Part shown: positions 56,799 to 64,000 of the stretch, piece after piece
How the letters are laid out: each line of letters begins with the position of its first letter
Numbering within the stretch: position 1 is the stretch's first letter
DNA from: Polyangiales bacterium
GTDB taxonomy: Bacteria; Myxococcota_A; Polyangia; Polyangiales; Polyangiaceae
Assembly: GCA_038230375.1 (NCBI GenBank)
Contig: JBBRNJ010000013.1
Span: 1-64,000 of the forward strand
Length of the DNA stretch: 64,000 nt
Direction of reading: 5' to 3'
Position numbers and translations under genes: made by a program
Notes under the pieces: model-generated
Databases searched by the model: none
Told to the model about the DNA's origin: nothing
Seen by the model: the letters and a program-made list of their open reading frames with translations, nothing else

Positions 56799-57416
56799 TC
56801 AGGGCAAGCATAGGCCGTTGTTTGCGTCGCTGCACTTGTGCTGACCGAAGTTGCACACGGTGGCCTCGTTGGCTGCGGTGCATTTCTCCGAGCATGCTCC
56901 ACCGTTCGCGTTGCCGTTCGCGAAGCAGATGTCGCTCGCGCACTCCTGATCGCCCTTGCATGCCTGGCCGTCGGGCAGGTTGCAGACCGCGCCGGTGCAG
57001 CCAACAAGGCAGATGCCTGCGCTGCCGCACTTGTGCGCGCCAAAGTTGCAGACCGTCGCTTCGCTCTGGGCCGTGCATGCCTCCGAGCAGTGGCCTGTCG
57101 CGGCGCCGTCGCCATAGCAAAGGCCGCTCGAGCAATCCCCGTTGTCCGCGCATGCCGTCCCGTCCGGCAGGTCGCAGATGAGGCCCGAGTCGGACACGCA
57201 GATCGCGATGGCCGCGTCGCCTCCATCAGCCGCGTTGCTCTGCGGCGGTGGCGGTGCCGGCGTGTTTGGCCAGTTGGTGCCCGGTGGCTCGGGTGTAGTG
57301 GTTCCGCTCGGGTCGGGGGTGGGACCACCAGAGACGCCGCTGCCCTGGCTCACCTGTCCGAAGCAGCCGACGACGCCGACTGCACACCCCACGGCCGCGA
57401 TGATCCACGTCTTCAT
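56799..57416 (-). CDS. Cys-rich lipoprotein with two tandem repeats of about 55 aa
   Basis: Lipobox VVGC; C.LPDG.AC....C.S..C......G.CSE.CTA..EATVCNFG.HKC occurs twice. Confidence 0.8.
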   Translation of the reverse strand: MKTWIIAAVGCAVGVVGCFGQVSQGSGVSGGPTPDPSGTTTPEPPGTNWPNTPAPPPPQSNAADGGDAAIAICVSDSGLICDLPDGTACADNGDCSSGLCYGDGAATGHCSEACTAQSEATVCNFGAHKCGSAGICLVGCTGAVCNLPDGQACKGDQECASDICFANGNANGGACSEKCTAANEATVCNFGQHKCSDANNGLCLP

Positions 57417-57572
57417 ACTGCGTGGTGAGTGCAACGGCAGTGCCGTACGGCCGAGACCGGCAGGGTCTCCCAACTGCCGGATATTCCGCCCGCTTGCGTA
57501 TGCCATTCCGTGCCACGGCCGTCGCGGACGCCAGAGGATCGGCGCATGCGAGAGGCCGCGGGTCCGCTGTCT

Positions 57573-58847
57573 CTACGGAGCGACACGCGAGATCTTCACG
57601 GACTTGATGACGACCGGCGTGTCCGGCTTGTCGGCCGCTCCGGTCTTCACGCCGGCGATGTCGTGGATGATCTGCGCGGGCGAGCACTCACCGAAGATGG
57701 TGTAGTTGCCATCCAGGCTCGCCTTTGCTTCCTCCGTGATGAAGAACTGCGCGCCGTTCGTGTTCGGACCGCGGTTCGCCATGCAGAGCTGGCCGGTGTG
57801 GTCGTGCTTTGCGCCTTCCCAGATCTCGTCCTTGATCACGTAGCCCGGTTCACCGGCTCCGCTGCCCAGCTGATCGCCGCCCTGGATCATGAAGCCCTTG
57901 ATGATGCGATGGAACGTGGTGCCGTCGTACCCGGGCTTGTTCACCCACTTACCGCTCGGGTCCTTCCACGTGCGCTCGCCCGTCGCGAGACCAATGAAGT
58001 TCGCGACCGTCACGGGCGCCTTGTCGTCAAGGAGGCGGCACTGGACCGCGCCCATGGACGTCTCGATCTTCGCGGTGAGCGCGCCGGTGCCCTTCACGTT
58101 CTTCGTGGCGTCCGCGAGCGTGAAGGTCCCCTTCAGCGGATCATCGGGGCTGATGGGGATGGGCCTCTCGGGGCGCGCGTTCTTCTTCACGTCGAGCAGC
58201 TCGACCTCGAAGAGCAACGTGGCATTGGGCGGAATGACCGGCGCGGAGCCGCGCGCGCCGTAGCCAAGGCTTGCCGGCACGGTGAGCTTTCGCTTTCCGC
58301 CGACCTTCATTCCGGCGACGCCCTGGTCCCACCCCTTGATGACCTCCCCCTTACCGAGCTGGAAGTCGAACGGCTGGTTGTTCTTTCGCGAGCTGTCGAA
58401 CTCCGTGCCGTCGGTGAGCGTACCCACGTAGTGCACCTTCACCGCGTCGCCCCTGGTCGCGACTGCGCCGGTGCCCACGACCAGGTCCACGACGCCAAGG
58501 CTGCCGTCGGCTGGGGCGGCGCTGCTGCTCCCGGCCGGCCCCATGCCCATGGACCCAGGGTCCGGCGCCTTCTCGCGAAGCACCAGCCATCCGAAGAACA
58601 CCACCGCGATACCGATGATCGCGTAGACGACCCACGGTCGCTCCTCGTCCTGCCTGCTCGGTGCCGCCCTGGCGACCTCAGGCGCGGCGGGCTTCTTCTT
58701 CGCGGGCGCCGGGTCCTTTGCGTCTTTCGCAGGTGCCGGGTCCTTCGCGTCTTTCGCAGGTGCCGCATCCTTCGCGTCTTTCGCGGGCGCCGCATCCTTC
58801 GCGTCCGAAGTGTCTTCCGTGTCTTGCTCTTTGCCGTTCTTGCTCAT
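57573..58847 (-). CDS. Membrane-anchored FKBP plus cyclophilin dual PPIase
   Basis: One TM segment; [31 protein letters not shown]...IPPNATL.FEVEL; cyclophilin [39 protein letters not shown]. Confidence 0.93.
   Translation of the reverse strand: MSKNGKEQDTEDTSDAKDAAPAKDAKDAAPAKDAKDPAPAKDAKDPAPAKKKPAAPEVARAAPSRQDEERPWVVYAIIGIAVVFFGWLVLREKAPDPGSMGMGPAGSSSAAPADGSLGVVDLVVGTGAVATRGDAVKVHYVGTLTDGTEFDSSRKNNQPFDFQLGKGEVIKGWDQGVAGMKVGGKRKLTVPASLGYGARGSAPVIPPNATLLFEVELLDVKKNARPERPIPISPDDPLKGTFTLADATKNVKGTGALTAKIETSMGAVQCRLLDDKAPVTVANFIGLATGERTWKDPSGKWVNKPGYDGTTFHRIIKGFMIQGGDQLGSGAGEPGYVIKDEIWEGAKHDHTGQLCMANRGPNTNGAQFFITEEAKASLDGNYTIFGECSPAQIIHDIAGVKTGAADKPDTPVVIKSVKISRVAP
58698..58805. repeat. Intragenic 27-bp tandem repeat, 4 copies, encoding DAKD(A/P)APAK
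   Basis: Visible in both the DNA and the N-terminus of the PPIase. Confidence 0.85.
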
Positions 58848-58906
58848 GTCCGGAAGAGAATCGACGGCGCCGTCCCTCAGGTCAACAGGAAGTATTGGCG
58901 GACACC

Positions 58907-60217
58907 TCAGGGGTGGGCGCGGCTGCCGTCGCCGGAGGGCGTGGTGTGGGTGCTCCTGGCGAACGCCTCTGCGTCACCGAACGCGCGCAGGAAGTTCTCG
59001 CCGAGGATCTTGAGGATGTCGTCGTCGCTGTAGCCGCGGCGCACGAGCTCGAGTGTGATCTTCGGGAGGCCTTCTATTCCCCCTAGATCGTCGGGGAGCG
59101 CGGGGACGCCGTCAAAGTCGGAGCCCAGTCCCACGTGGTCGACGCCCGCGATCTTCACGATGTGATCGATGTGATCGACGATCGCGGCGAGCGGCACCTT
59201 TGGCTTCTGCCCTGCCTTTGCCTGCGCGTACTCGTTCGAGAGGAACGGGGGCCAGAAGTTCACCATGACGACTCCGCCGTTCTTCGCGAGGGCCCGGAGC
59301 ATGTCGTCACTCAGGTTGCGTCGCTGATCCGCGAGCGCACGCGCGGAGGAGTGCGACGCGATGATCGGCGCCTTCGCGAGCCTGATCGTGGCCCAGAAGG
59401 TCTCGTCGGATACGTGAGAGACATCCACGAGCATGCCGATGCGCTGCATCTCGCGCACGACCTCCTCGCCGAATGGCGTGAGCCCGTGGTGGCGAACGGG
59501 CGGCGCGCCGCCGGTGCCGGAGCTGTCCGCCCACTCGTTCGTGTTCGTGTGCGTGAGCGTCATGTAGCGACAGCCAAGGCGGTGGAGCATGCGCAGAGCG
59601 CCGAGCGAATTCTCGATGGCGTGGCCGCCCTCGACGCCCATCAGCACGGCGATCTTGCCGTCCTTCTTGGCGGCGCGGATCGCGTCCACGCTGGTCGCGA
59701 GCACGAGATCGGCAGGATACTTCTCCACCTCGCGGTACGTGAGGTCCACCAGATCGAGCGCACGACGAAGCGCACCGCCGCCCAGCACCGTGGGATGGTC
59801 CGCGAGCGCGGAGTCCACGTAGATGGAGAAGAACTCGGCGCCGATGCCGCTTGCCTTCATGCGCGCAAGATCCGTGTGCGTCGCGCGCCCGGGCTGCACA
59901 AGGTCCGCGCGCGCCTTCAACATCACGCTCGGGATGTCGTTGTGACCATCCACGATGATCGCCTTCGCGTGCAGACGCGCCGCGCGCTCCTCCACGGTCT
60001 CGCTCTTCGCAGGCGCGACCGGAGCGATGGATGGAGACGATGCGCTCGTCACGGGAGCCACCAAAGGTTGCTGCCATGCGGACGCGACGGGCTCCGCGGG
60101 TGGCAAAGCCGCAGGCGTGCTGCGCGAGAGCGGCGCGCGCGGTTCGGTATCGTTCGCACCACACGCGCTCGCTGCGAGCAGACCAAGCACGAGCACCTCG
60201 AGTCCGAGCGTTCTCAT
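58907..60217 (-). CDS. Membrane dipeptidase (peptidase M19) lipoprotein
   Basis: [41 protein letters not shown]. Confidence 0.92.
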   Translation of the reverse strand: MRTLGLEVLVLGLLAASACGANDTEPRAPLSRSTPAALPPAEPVASAWQQPLVAPVTSASSPSIAPVAPAKSETVEERAARLHAKAIIVDGHNDIPSVMLKARADLVQPGRATHTDLARMKASGIGAEFFSIYVDSALADHPTVLGGGALRRALDLVDLTYREVEKYPADLVLATSVDAIRAAKKDGKIAVLMGVEGGHAIENSLGALRMLHRLGCRYMTLTHTNTNEWADSSGTGGAPPVRHHGLTPFGEEVVREMQRIGMLVDVSHVSDETFWATIRLAKAPIIASHSSARALADQRRNLSDDMLRALAKNGGVVMVNFWPPFLSNEYAQAKAGQKPKVPLAAIVDHIDHIVKIAGVDHVGLGSDFDGVPALPDDLGGIEGLPKITLELVRRGYSDDDILKILGENFLRAFGDAEAFARSTHTTPSGDGSRAHP

Positions 60218-60290
60218 ATCGGGCAGACTAGTGCGTTTGGCGCGCGCTCGCAGGTAGCCATTCGGCAGAGCGTGATACGGTCTTCGTCTC

Positions 60291-61151
60291 ATGAGAGCAT
60301 CCCAGATCGCTGCTTCACTGTTGTTGTTGCCATTGCTCGCGCTCGTGACGGGGTGTCCGAAGAAGGGCTCCGGCGATGCAGATGCAGCGGCCGAGGCTGG
60401 CGCGGTCGCCGTGGTTGACGCTGGGCCCGAGACCACCAACGCGGCGCAGATCACCCACTACCCCGATGAGGCAATGGTCGACCGCATCTCCGCGACCGTG
60501 AAGGTCACGACGACCAGCGCGCTCACGGCGGTGCCCAAGGGCACCGTCATTGCAGCGTTGAAGAAGGGTGACACCGTCACGCAGGTGAGCGAGCACAATG
60601 GCTACTTCCTCGTCGTCTTCTCCGATCCCAAGGACGCCACGAAGAAGCTCCAGGGCTGGGTCGTGAAGTTCGCGTTCGATGAGCCTGTCGCCGTTCCGAA
60701 GAAGAAGCCCAAGGTGCCGGACTGCGGGTCCATGTCGAACGTCTTCCTTGTCACCAAGGCGCTGAGCCCGTTCGTCCCGCACTGCGCGCCGGCGTGCACG
60801 GAGGACTCCGACTGCGCGAGCAAGTCATGCATCTCCGTCGTGCGGCTCCAACCTGATGGCTCCACCGTCGAGGGCCAGATGGGCTTCGCCCAGGTCTGTG
60901 ATGAGCCCGCGCCAGGCGCCGCCGCCGTTGACGCAGGCGCGAAGCCCGCCGCCGTGACCACGTGCCCGAAGGGCAAGACGCTCATGTCGCTGGATTCTGG
61001 GAAGACCAGCTTCTGCACCGATGCAAAGATGTGCAGCAGCGACAAGGACTGCACCGCGGGCCAGAAGTGCACCGAGGGCAAGGTGATGGACGCCAAGCAG
61101 CCGAACGGGCAACCCATGCCGGTCAGCATGGAGTTTTGCTACAAGCAGTGA
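60291..61151 (+). CDS. Lipoprotein with an SH3b-like domain and a Cys-rich C-terminus
   Basis: Lipobox VTGC; LKKGDTV..V.EHNGY.LV......GWV; CTEDSDC and CSSDKDC. Confidence 0.7.
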   Translation: MRASQIAASLLLLPLLALVTGCPKKGSGDADAAAEAGAVAVVDAGPETTNAAQITHYPDEAMVDRISATVKVTTTSALTAVPKGTVIAALKKGDTVTQVSEHNGYFLVVFSDPKDATKKLQGWVVKFAFDEPVAVPKKKPKVPDCGSMSNVFLVTKALSPFVPHCAPACTEDSDCASKSCISVVRLQPDGSTVEGQMGFAQVCDEPAPGAAAVDAGAKPAAVTTCPKGKTLMSLDSGKTSFCTDAKMCSSDKDCTAGQKCTEGKVMDAKQPNGQPMPVSMEFCYKQ

Positions 61152-61158
61152 CCGAGCG

Positions 61159-63162
61159 TCACTCGCAGACGACTGCGACGACCTTGGTGAAGTCCCCGGC
61201 CAGCAATGCCGCGCGCGGCAGCATGAACGCGAGATCCTGGACGTCGCCCCATTCCATGCCCGCCTCGTCGTCGCTCTTGCAGAGGAAGAGCAGCTCCATG
61301 TCGTCCGTCTGCTCGCCGTTGTCGTGTTCGCGGAAGCCAAGGAGCTGGTTCGCGCCGGACGAGTAGGTGAACACGCTGTCGGTGTATGCGTCTGACTTGT
61401 CCTCCGGCACCAGCCGCGTTGCCAGTGGATGGGCATGGGGCGGCACACCGAGCATCTGCCATGCGCGGAGCGTGCACGCTGCGAATGGCTCCCGGAATAC
61501 GTGCTCGTGCGGACGCAGGTCGAACCCCTCGGGCACCGTCGCGCGCTCGAGCGGCCCATCGAGCAGCATCACCTTCACGGCTCCCAGGTAGTCGAGCGGC
61601 TCGCCGAACTCGTCCTGGACGAAGAACGAGAGCAGGCCCTTCTTTGGAAGCAGGCCGTCCACGTCGAGGGGTGTGAGGTCCTCCATGCGCAGCTGCGCGA
61701 CGAACGAGAAGATCTGGTGGCCAAGGCGAGGCCATTCCATTCCCTTCGGTAGATCCGGACAGCCACCCAGCTTCGTCGCACCCACGGGGATCACCGCGTC
61801 CTCGGTGCGCGTGGAGAAGAGCTGGATGCCCGGGCGGATCAACGCGGTGGCGACGTCCTTCGCGATGCCGGCCTCTGCGAACGCCTCGAGAAGATCCTTT
61901 CGCTGCGCCGCGAGCGACGACTCCGGCGGCGGTGATGCAGGCTTCGATGGCGCGAGCTGTCGCCTCTGCCGCGGCAGCTTCGCGGCCGTCGGGACAACCG
62001 CAGGGACCGGCGCTGGGCCGCGCCGTTCGAGCTGTGTCGCCACGGCATCCACGAGCTCGATCTCTCCCGCGAGCTGCGCGGCCTCGGGACGTGCGCGCAG
62101 GCTTTTCTCGTGGGCGCGAAGTGCGGGCGCGGCAGCTGGATCGCCGCACCGACGCAGCGCCTCCAGGATGACGTCCTTTCGTCCGGTGTTCATGTGCAGC
62201 GCGCGCAGCAGGACGGGTGTGGACTGGGCGTCGCCGCAGATCCCGAGCAGGCGGATCGCGTCGTCGAACACGAAGGTCATCTTCGCGGGGTCGCCGAAGA
62301 ACCGCAGCACGGCGTCCTGCATCCGCGGATGGACCGGCAGCTTGAGCAGGATCGAGAGCACCTGGAGCTGGATGTTCAGCTTCCCCGAGTCGAGTAGCGG
62401 CAAGACGCGTTCGAGCCATCGCTCGTCGACCCGTGGTGATTCGTCGAAGACCGCGAGCATCACGCTCGAGGCTCGCGGCTCCCCGAGCAACGGCGAGAGC
62501 TCGTCGAATGCGGCGCTCTTCTCGCGCTTGAGGATGGCGCGCGCGCCCAGGCGATGTACTTGCGCGAGCGCGTTCGGATCGCCCTCGACCGACAGCAAGG
62601 TCGCGAGCGCGTCCAGCGTTGCGCGTTCATCGGGCCTCACGTCGAAGAGCATCCGTGCGAGGAGCTCGCGGACCTCCCACGGCACTGCTACGTCCGCGAT
62701 CAGCTCACGCAGACGCGCGGCGCCTTCCTCGTGCTGTGCGGCGGCGTGTCCCACCCAGCGAAACCACCACGCGCGGTCCCTGCTCGCTGTTTCGGCCTTG
62801 TTGTACGCGGCTTTGTAGGCGCGCCGCTCCTTCGGGGGCAGCTTGTCCGCGTCGTCCAGATGCAGCGCGCCGAGCTCCAGCCCTTCGCGAACCAGCAGCG
62901 CCGCAAGCGACGCGCCCGGAAGTCGCTTTGCCTCGCTCGCGAGTCGCTGATGGGCCGGGACGCTGTCGGGGCCGCCGGCCATGATCGCGCGCGCGATCTC
63001 GTCCACGGTGGCGTCGCCCGATGCGGGCTCGGGCAGCGGCGCGGGCGACCTGCTCAGCGAGAAGCCAAGGAGCGTGGTCGGCACCTCTGCGGCCTTCGTG
63101 GAGGCTGTCTTCTTCGAAGCTGCCTTCTTCGCCGCCTTCGGCTTCGCCTTGTTCTCGACCAT
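61159..63162 (-). CDS. DUF1963 (YwqG)-domain protein with an N-terminal HEAT-like region
   Basis: TKLGGCPDLP....WP, F.AQL, LP..GLLSFF, QLLG, M.WGD...L.F. Confidence 0.85.
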   Translation of the reverse strand: MVENKAKPKAAKKAASKKTASTKAAEVPTTLLGFSLSRSPAPLPEPASGDATVDEIARAIMAGGPDSVPAHQRLASEAKRLPGASLAALLVREGLELGALHLDDADKLPPKERRAYKAAYNKAETASRDRAWWFRWVGHAAAQHEEGAARLRELIADVAVPWEVRELLARMLFDVRPDERATLDALATLLSVEGDPNALAQVHRLGARAILKREKSAAFDELSPLLGEPRASSVMLAVFDESPRVDERWLERVLPLLDSGKLNIQLQVLSILLKLPVHPRMQDAVLRFFGDPAKMTFVFDDAIRLLGICGDAQSTPVLLRALHMNTGRKDVILEALRRCGDPAAAPALRAHEKSLRARPEAAQLAGEIELVDAVATQLERRGPAPVPAVVPTAAKLPRQRRQLAPSKPASPPPESSLAAQRKDLLEAFAEAGIAKDVATALIRPGIQLFSTRTEDAVIPVGATKLGGCPDLPKGMEWPRLGHQIFSFVAQLRMEDLTPLDVDGLLPKKGLLSFFVQDEFGEPLDYLGAVKVMLLDGPLERATVPEGFDLRPHEHVFREPFAACTLRAWQMLGVPPHAHPLATRLVPEDKSDAYTDSVFTYSSGANQLLGFREHDNGEQTDDMELLFLCKSDDEAGMEWGDVQDLAFMLPRAALLAGDFTKVVAVVCE

Positions 63163-63227
63163 GAGGGAGTCATACGACAGGAGCAGCGCCAGCGCACGTG
63201 ATCAGCGCGTCGGACCGGGTGTAGACT

Positions 63228-63845
63228 GTGCGCATGTCGAGCGCCCGGCGGCAATTGCGTGAGCTCCTCGATCGCCGCCTCGACGCGGTCGATCGGAGCG
63301 ACACCAACGAGATCGCGCAGATCGACGCCGAGGTCGCGCGGCGCTTCGAGCGGCCTATGGCCGTGATGATCACCGACACGAGCGGCTTCACCGCGCAGAC
63401 CAAGGCGCATGGCGTCACGTTCTTCCTCATGAAGATGCGGCGGCTCTTTCGCATCGCCGAGCCCATCATCCTTCGTCACGGCGCGGAGCTCGTGAAGGTC
63501 GACGCGGACGATCTCTTCATCGTCTGCGACAGCGCGGATGCGCTCCTCCAGGTCGCGCGCGAGCTGCTCGCTGCGCTGGACGAATACAACGTCGTCCACA
63601 CCGACTTCCTCGGTATCTCGGTGGGCCTCGGCTTTGGCAACACCCTGGTCATCGAGCGCGACATCTTCGGGGACGCCGTGAACACGGCATCGAAGCTCGG
63701 CGAGGACGTCGGGCTCGTCTCCGAGATCCTCGTCACGCAATCCTTTCTCGCGGCGCTCAATCCGGAGAACGCCGCAGCGTGCACCACTGTCGACCATGTG
63801 TCGCGCGGCGGAAAGTTCCCCTTCTACGCGTGCGCGCGTTCTTAG
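63228..63845 (+). CDS. Stand-alone class III adenylate/guanylate cyclase
   Basis: ITDTSGFT, VKVDADD, SVGLGFG, DIFGDAVNTASKL.E, EILVT. Confidence 0.88.
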   Translation: MRMSSARRQLRELLDRRLDAVDRSDTNEIAQIDAEVARRFERPMAVMITDTSGFTAQTKAHGVTFFLMKMRRLFRIAEPIILRHGAELVKVDADDLFIVCDSADALLQVARELLAALDEYNVVHTDFLGISVGLGFGNTLVIERDIFGDAVNTASKLGEDVGLVSEILVTQSFLAALNPENAAACTTVDHVSRGGKFPFYACARS

Positions 63846-63899
63846 CGCCGCGAGGGGTTCGGTCCAGTGGCAGCCGCTCGTGCTGCTACGCTCACCGCG

Positions 63900-64000
63900 A
63901 TGCCCCTCGTTCAGATCCATTCCTTCCCGCCGAGCGACCCGAAGACCATCCCGCGGCTCGTGACGCAGGTAAGAGACGCAGGCGCCGCTGCGTTTGCGTG
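63900..64000 (+). CDS. Partial gene, possibly tautomerase-like
   Basis: ATG 63900 gives MPLVQIHSFPP...; N-terminal Pro plus hydrophobic strand as in the 4-OT/MIF superfamily; runs off the window. Confidence 0.45.
   Translation, partial: MPLVQIHSFPPSDPKTIPRLVTQVRDAGAAAFA

Noticed and set aside
1..64000. tRNA, rRNA, IS elements, integrase or prophage
   Set aside because: No cloverleaf, rRNA-like tract, transposase or integrase motif, or terminal inverted repeat was recognised; a tRNAscan/Infernal/ISEScan run would be needed to exclude them fully

Overview
High-GC bacterial chromosomal window. The many lipobox proteins with DAG/DGG-rich linkers, Cys-rich repeats, a MYXO-CTERM-tailed protease and an AgmX/PglI-like protein point to Myxococcota, probably Polyangiales (inference). 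About 60 tightly packed CDSs: secreted lipoproteins, an L,D-transpeptidase, a TPR gene divergent from two DUF4331-type genes, an AT3-SGNH acyltransferase, GH28 and GH130 enzymes, a TetR/DUF4188 unit with a visible operator pair, a sugar ABC transporter with an SDR, a CzcA/CusA-type RND system, a POT transporter, a P450, a catalase-like lipoprotein, an FKBP-cyclophilin fusion, an M19 dipeptidase, immunity-like proteins (SMI1/KNR4, WGR, DUF1963) and a class III cyclase. I saw no rRNA, tRNA, CRISPR array, integrase or transposase. The best candidate for an undescribed system is a translationally coupled minus-strand operon at 16540-20255. It encodes an isonitrile synthase (PvcA/IsnA/Dit1 family), a PvcB/IsnB-type Fe/2OG oxygenase fused to a UbiA-family prenyltransferase, a Coq4-like HDxxH protein and a His-rich membrane protein, which suggests a prenylated isonitrile pathway. 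Several genes look frameshifted, truncated or internally deleted. All family calls come from recognising motifs by eye; no database searches were run.
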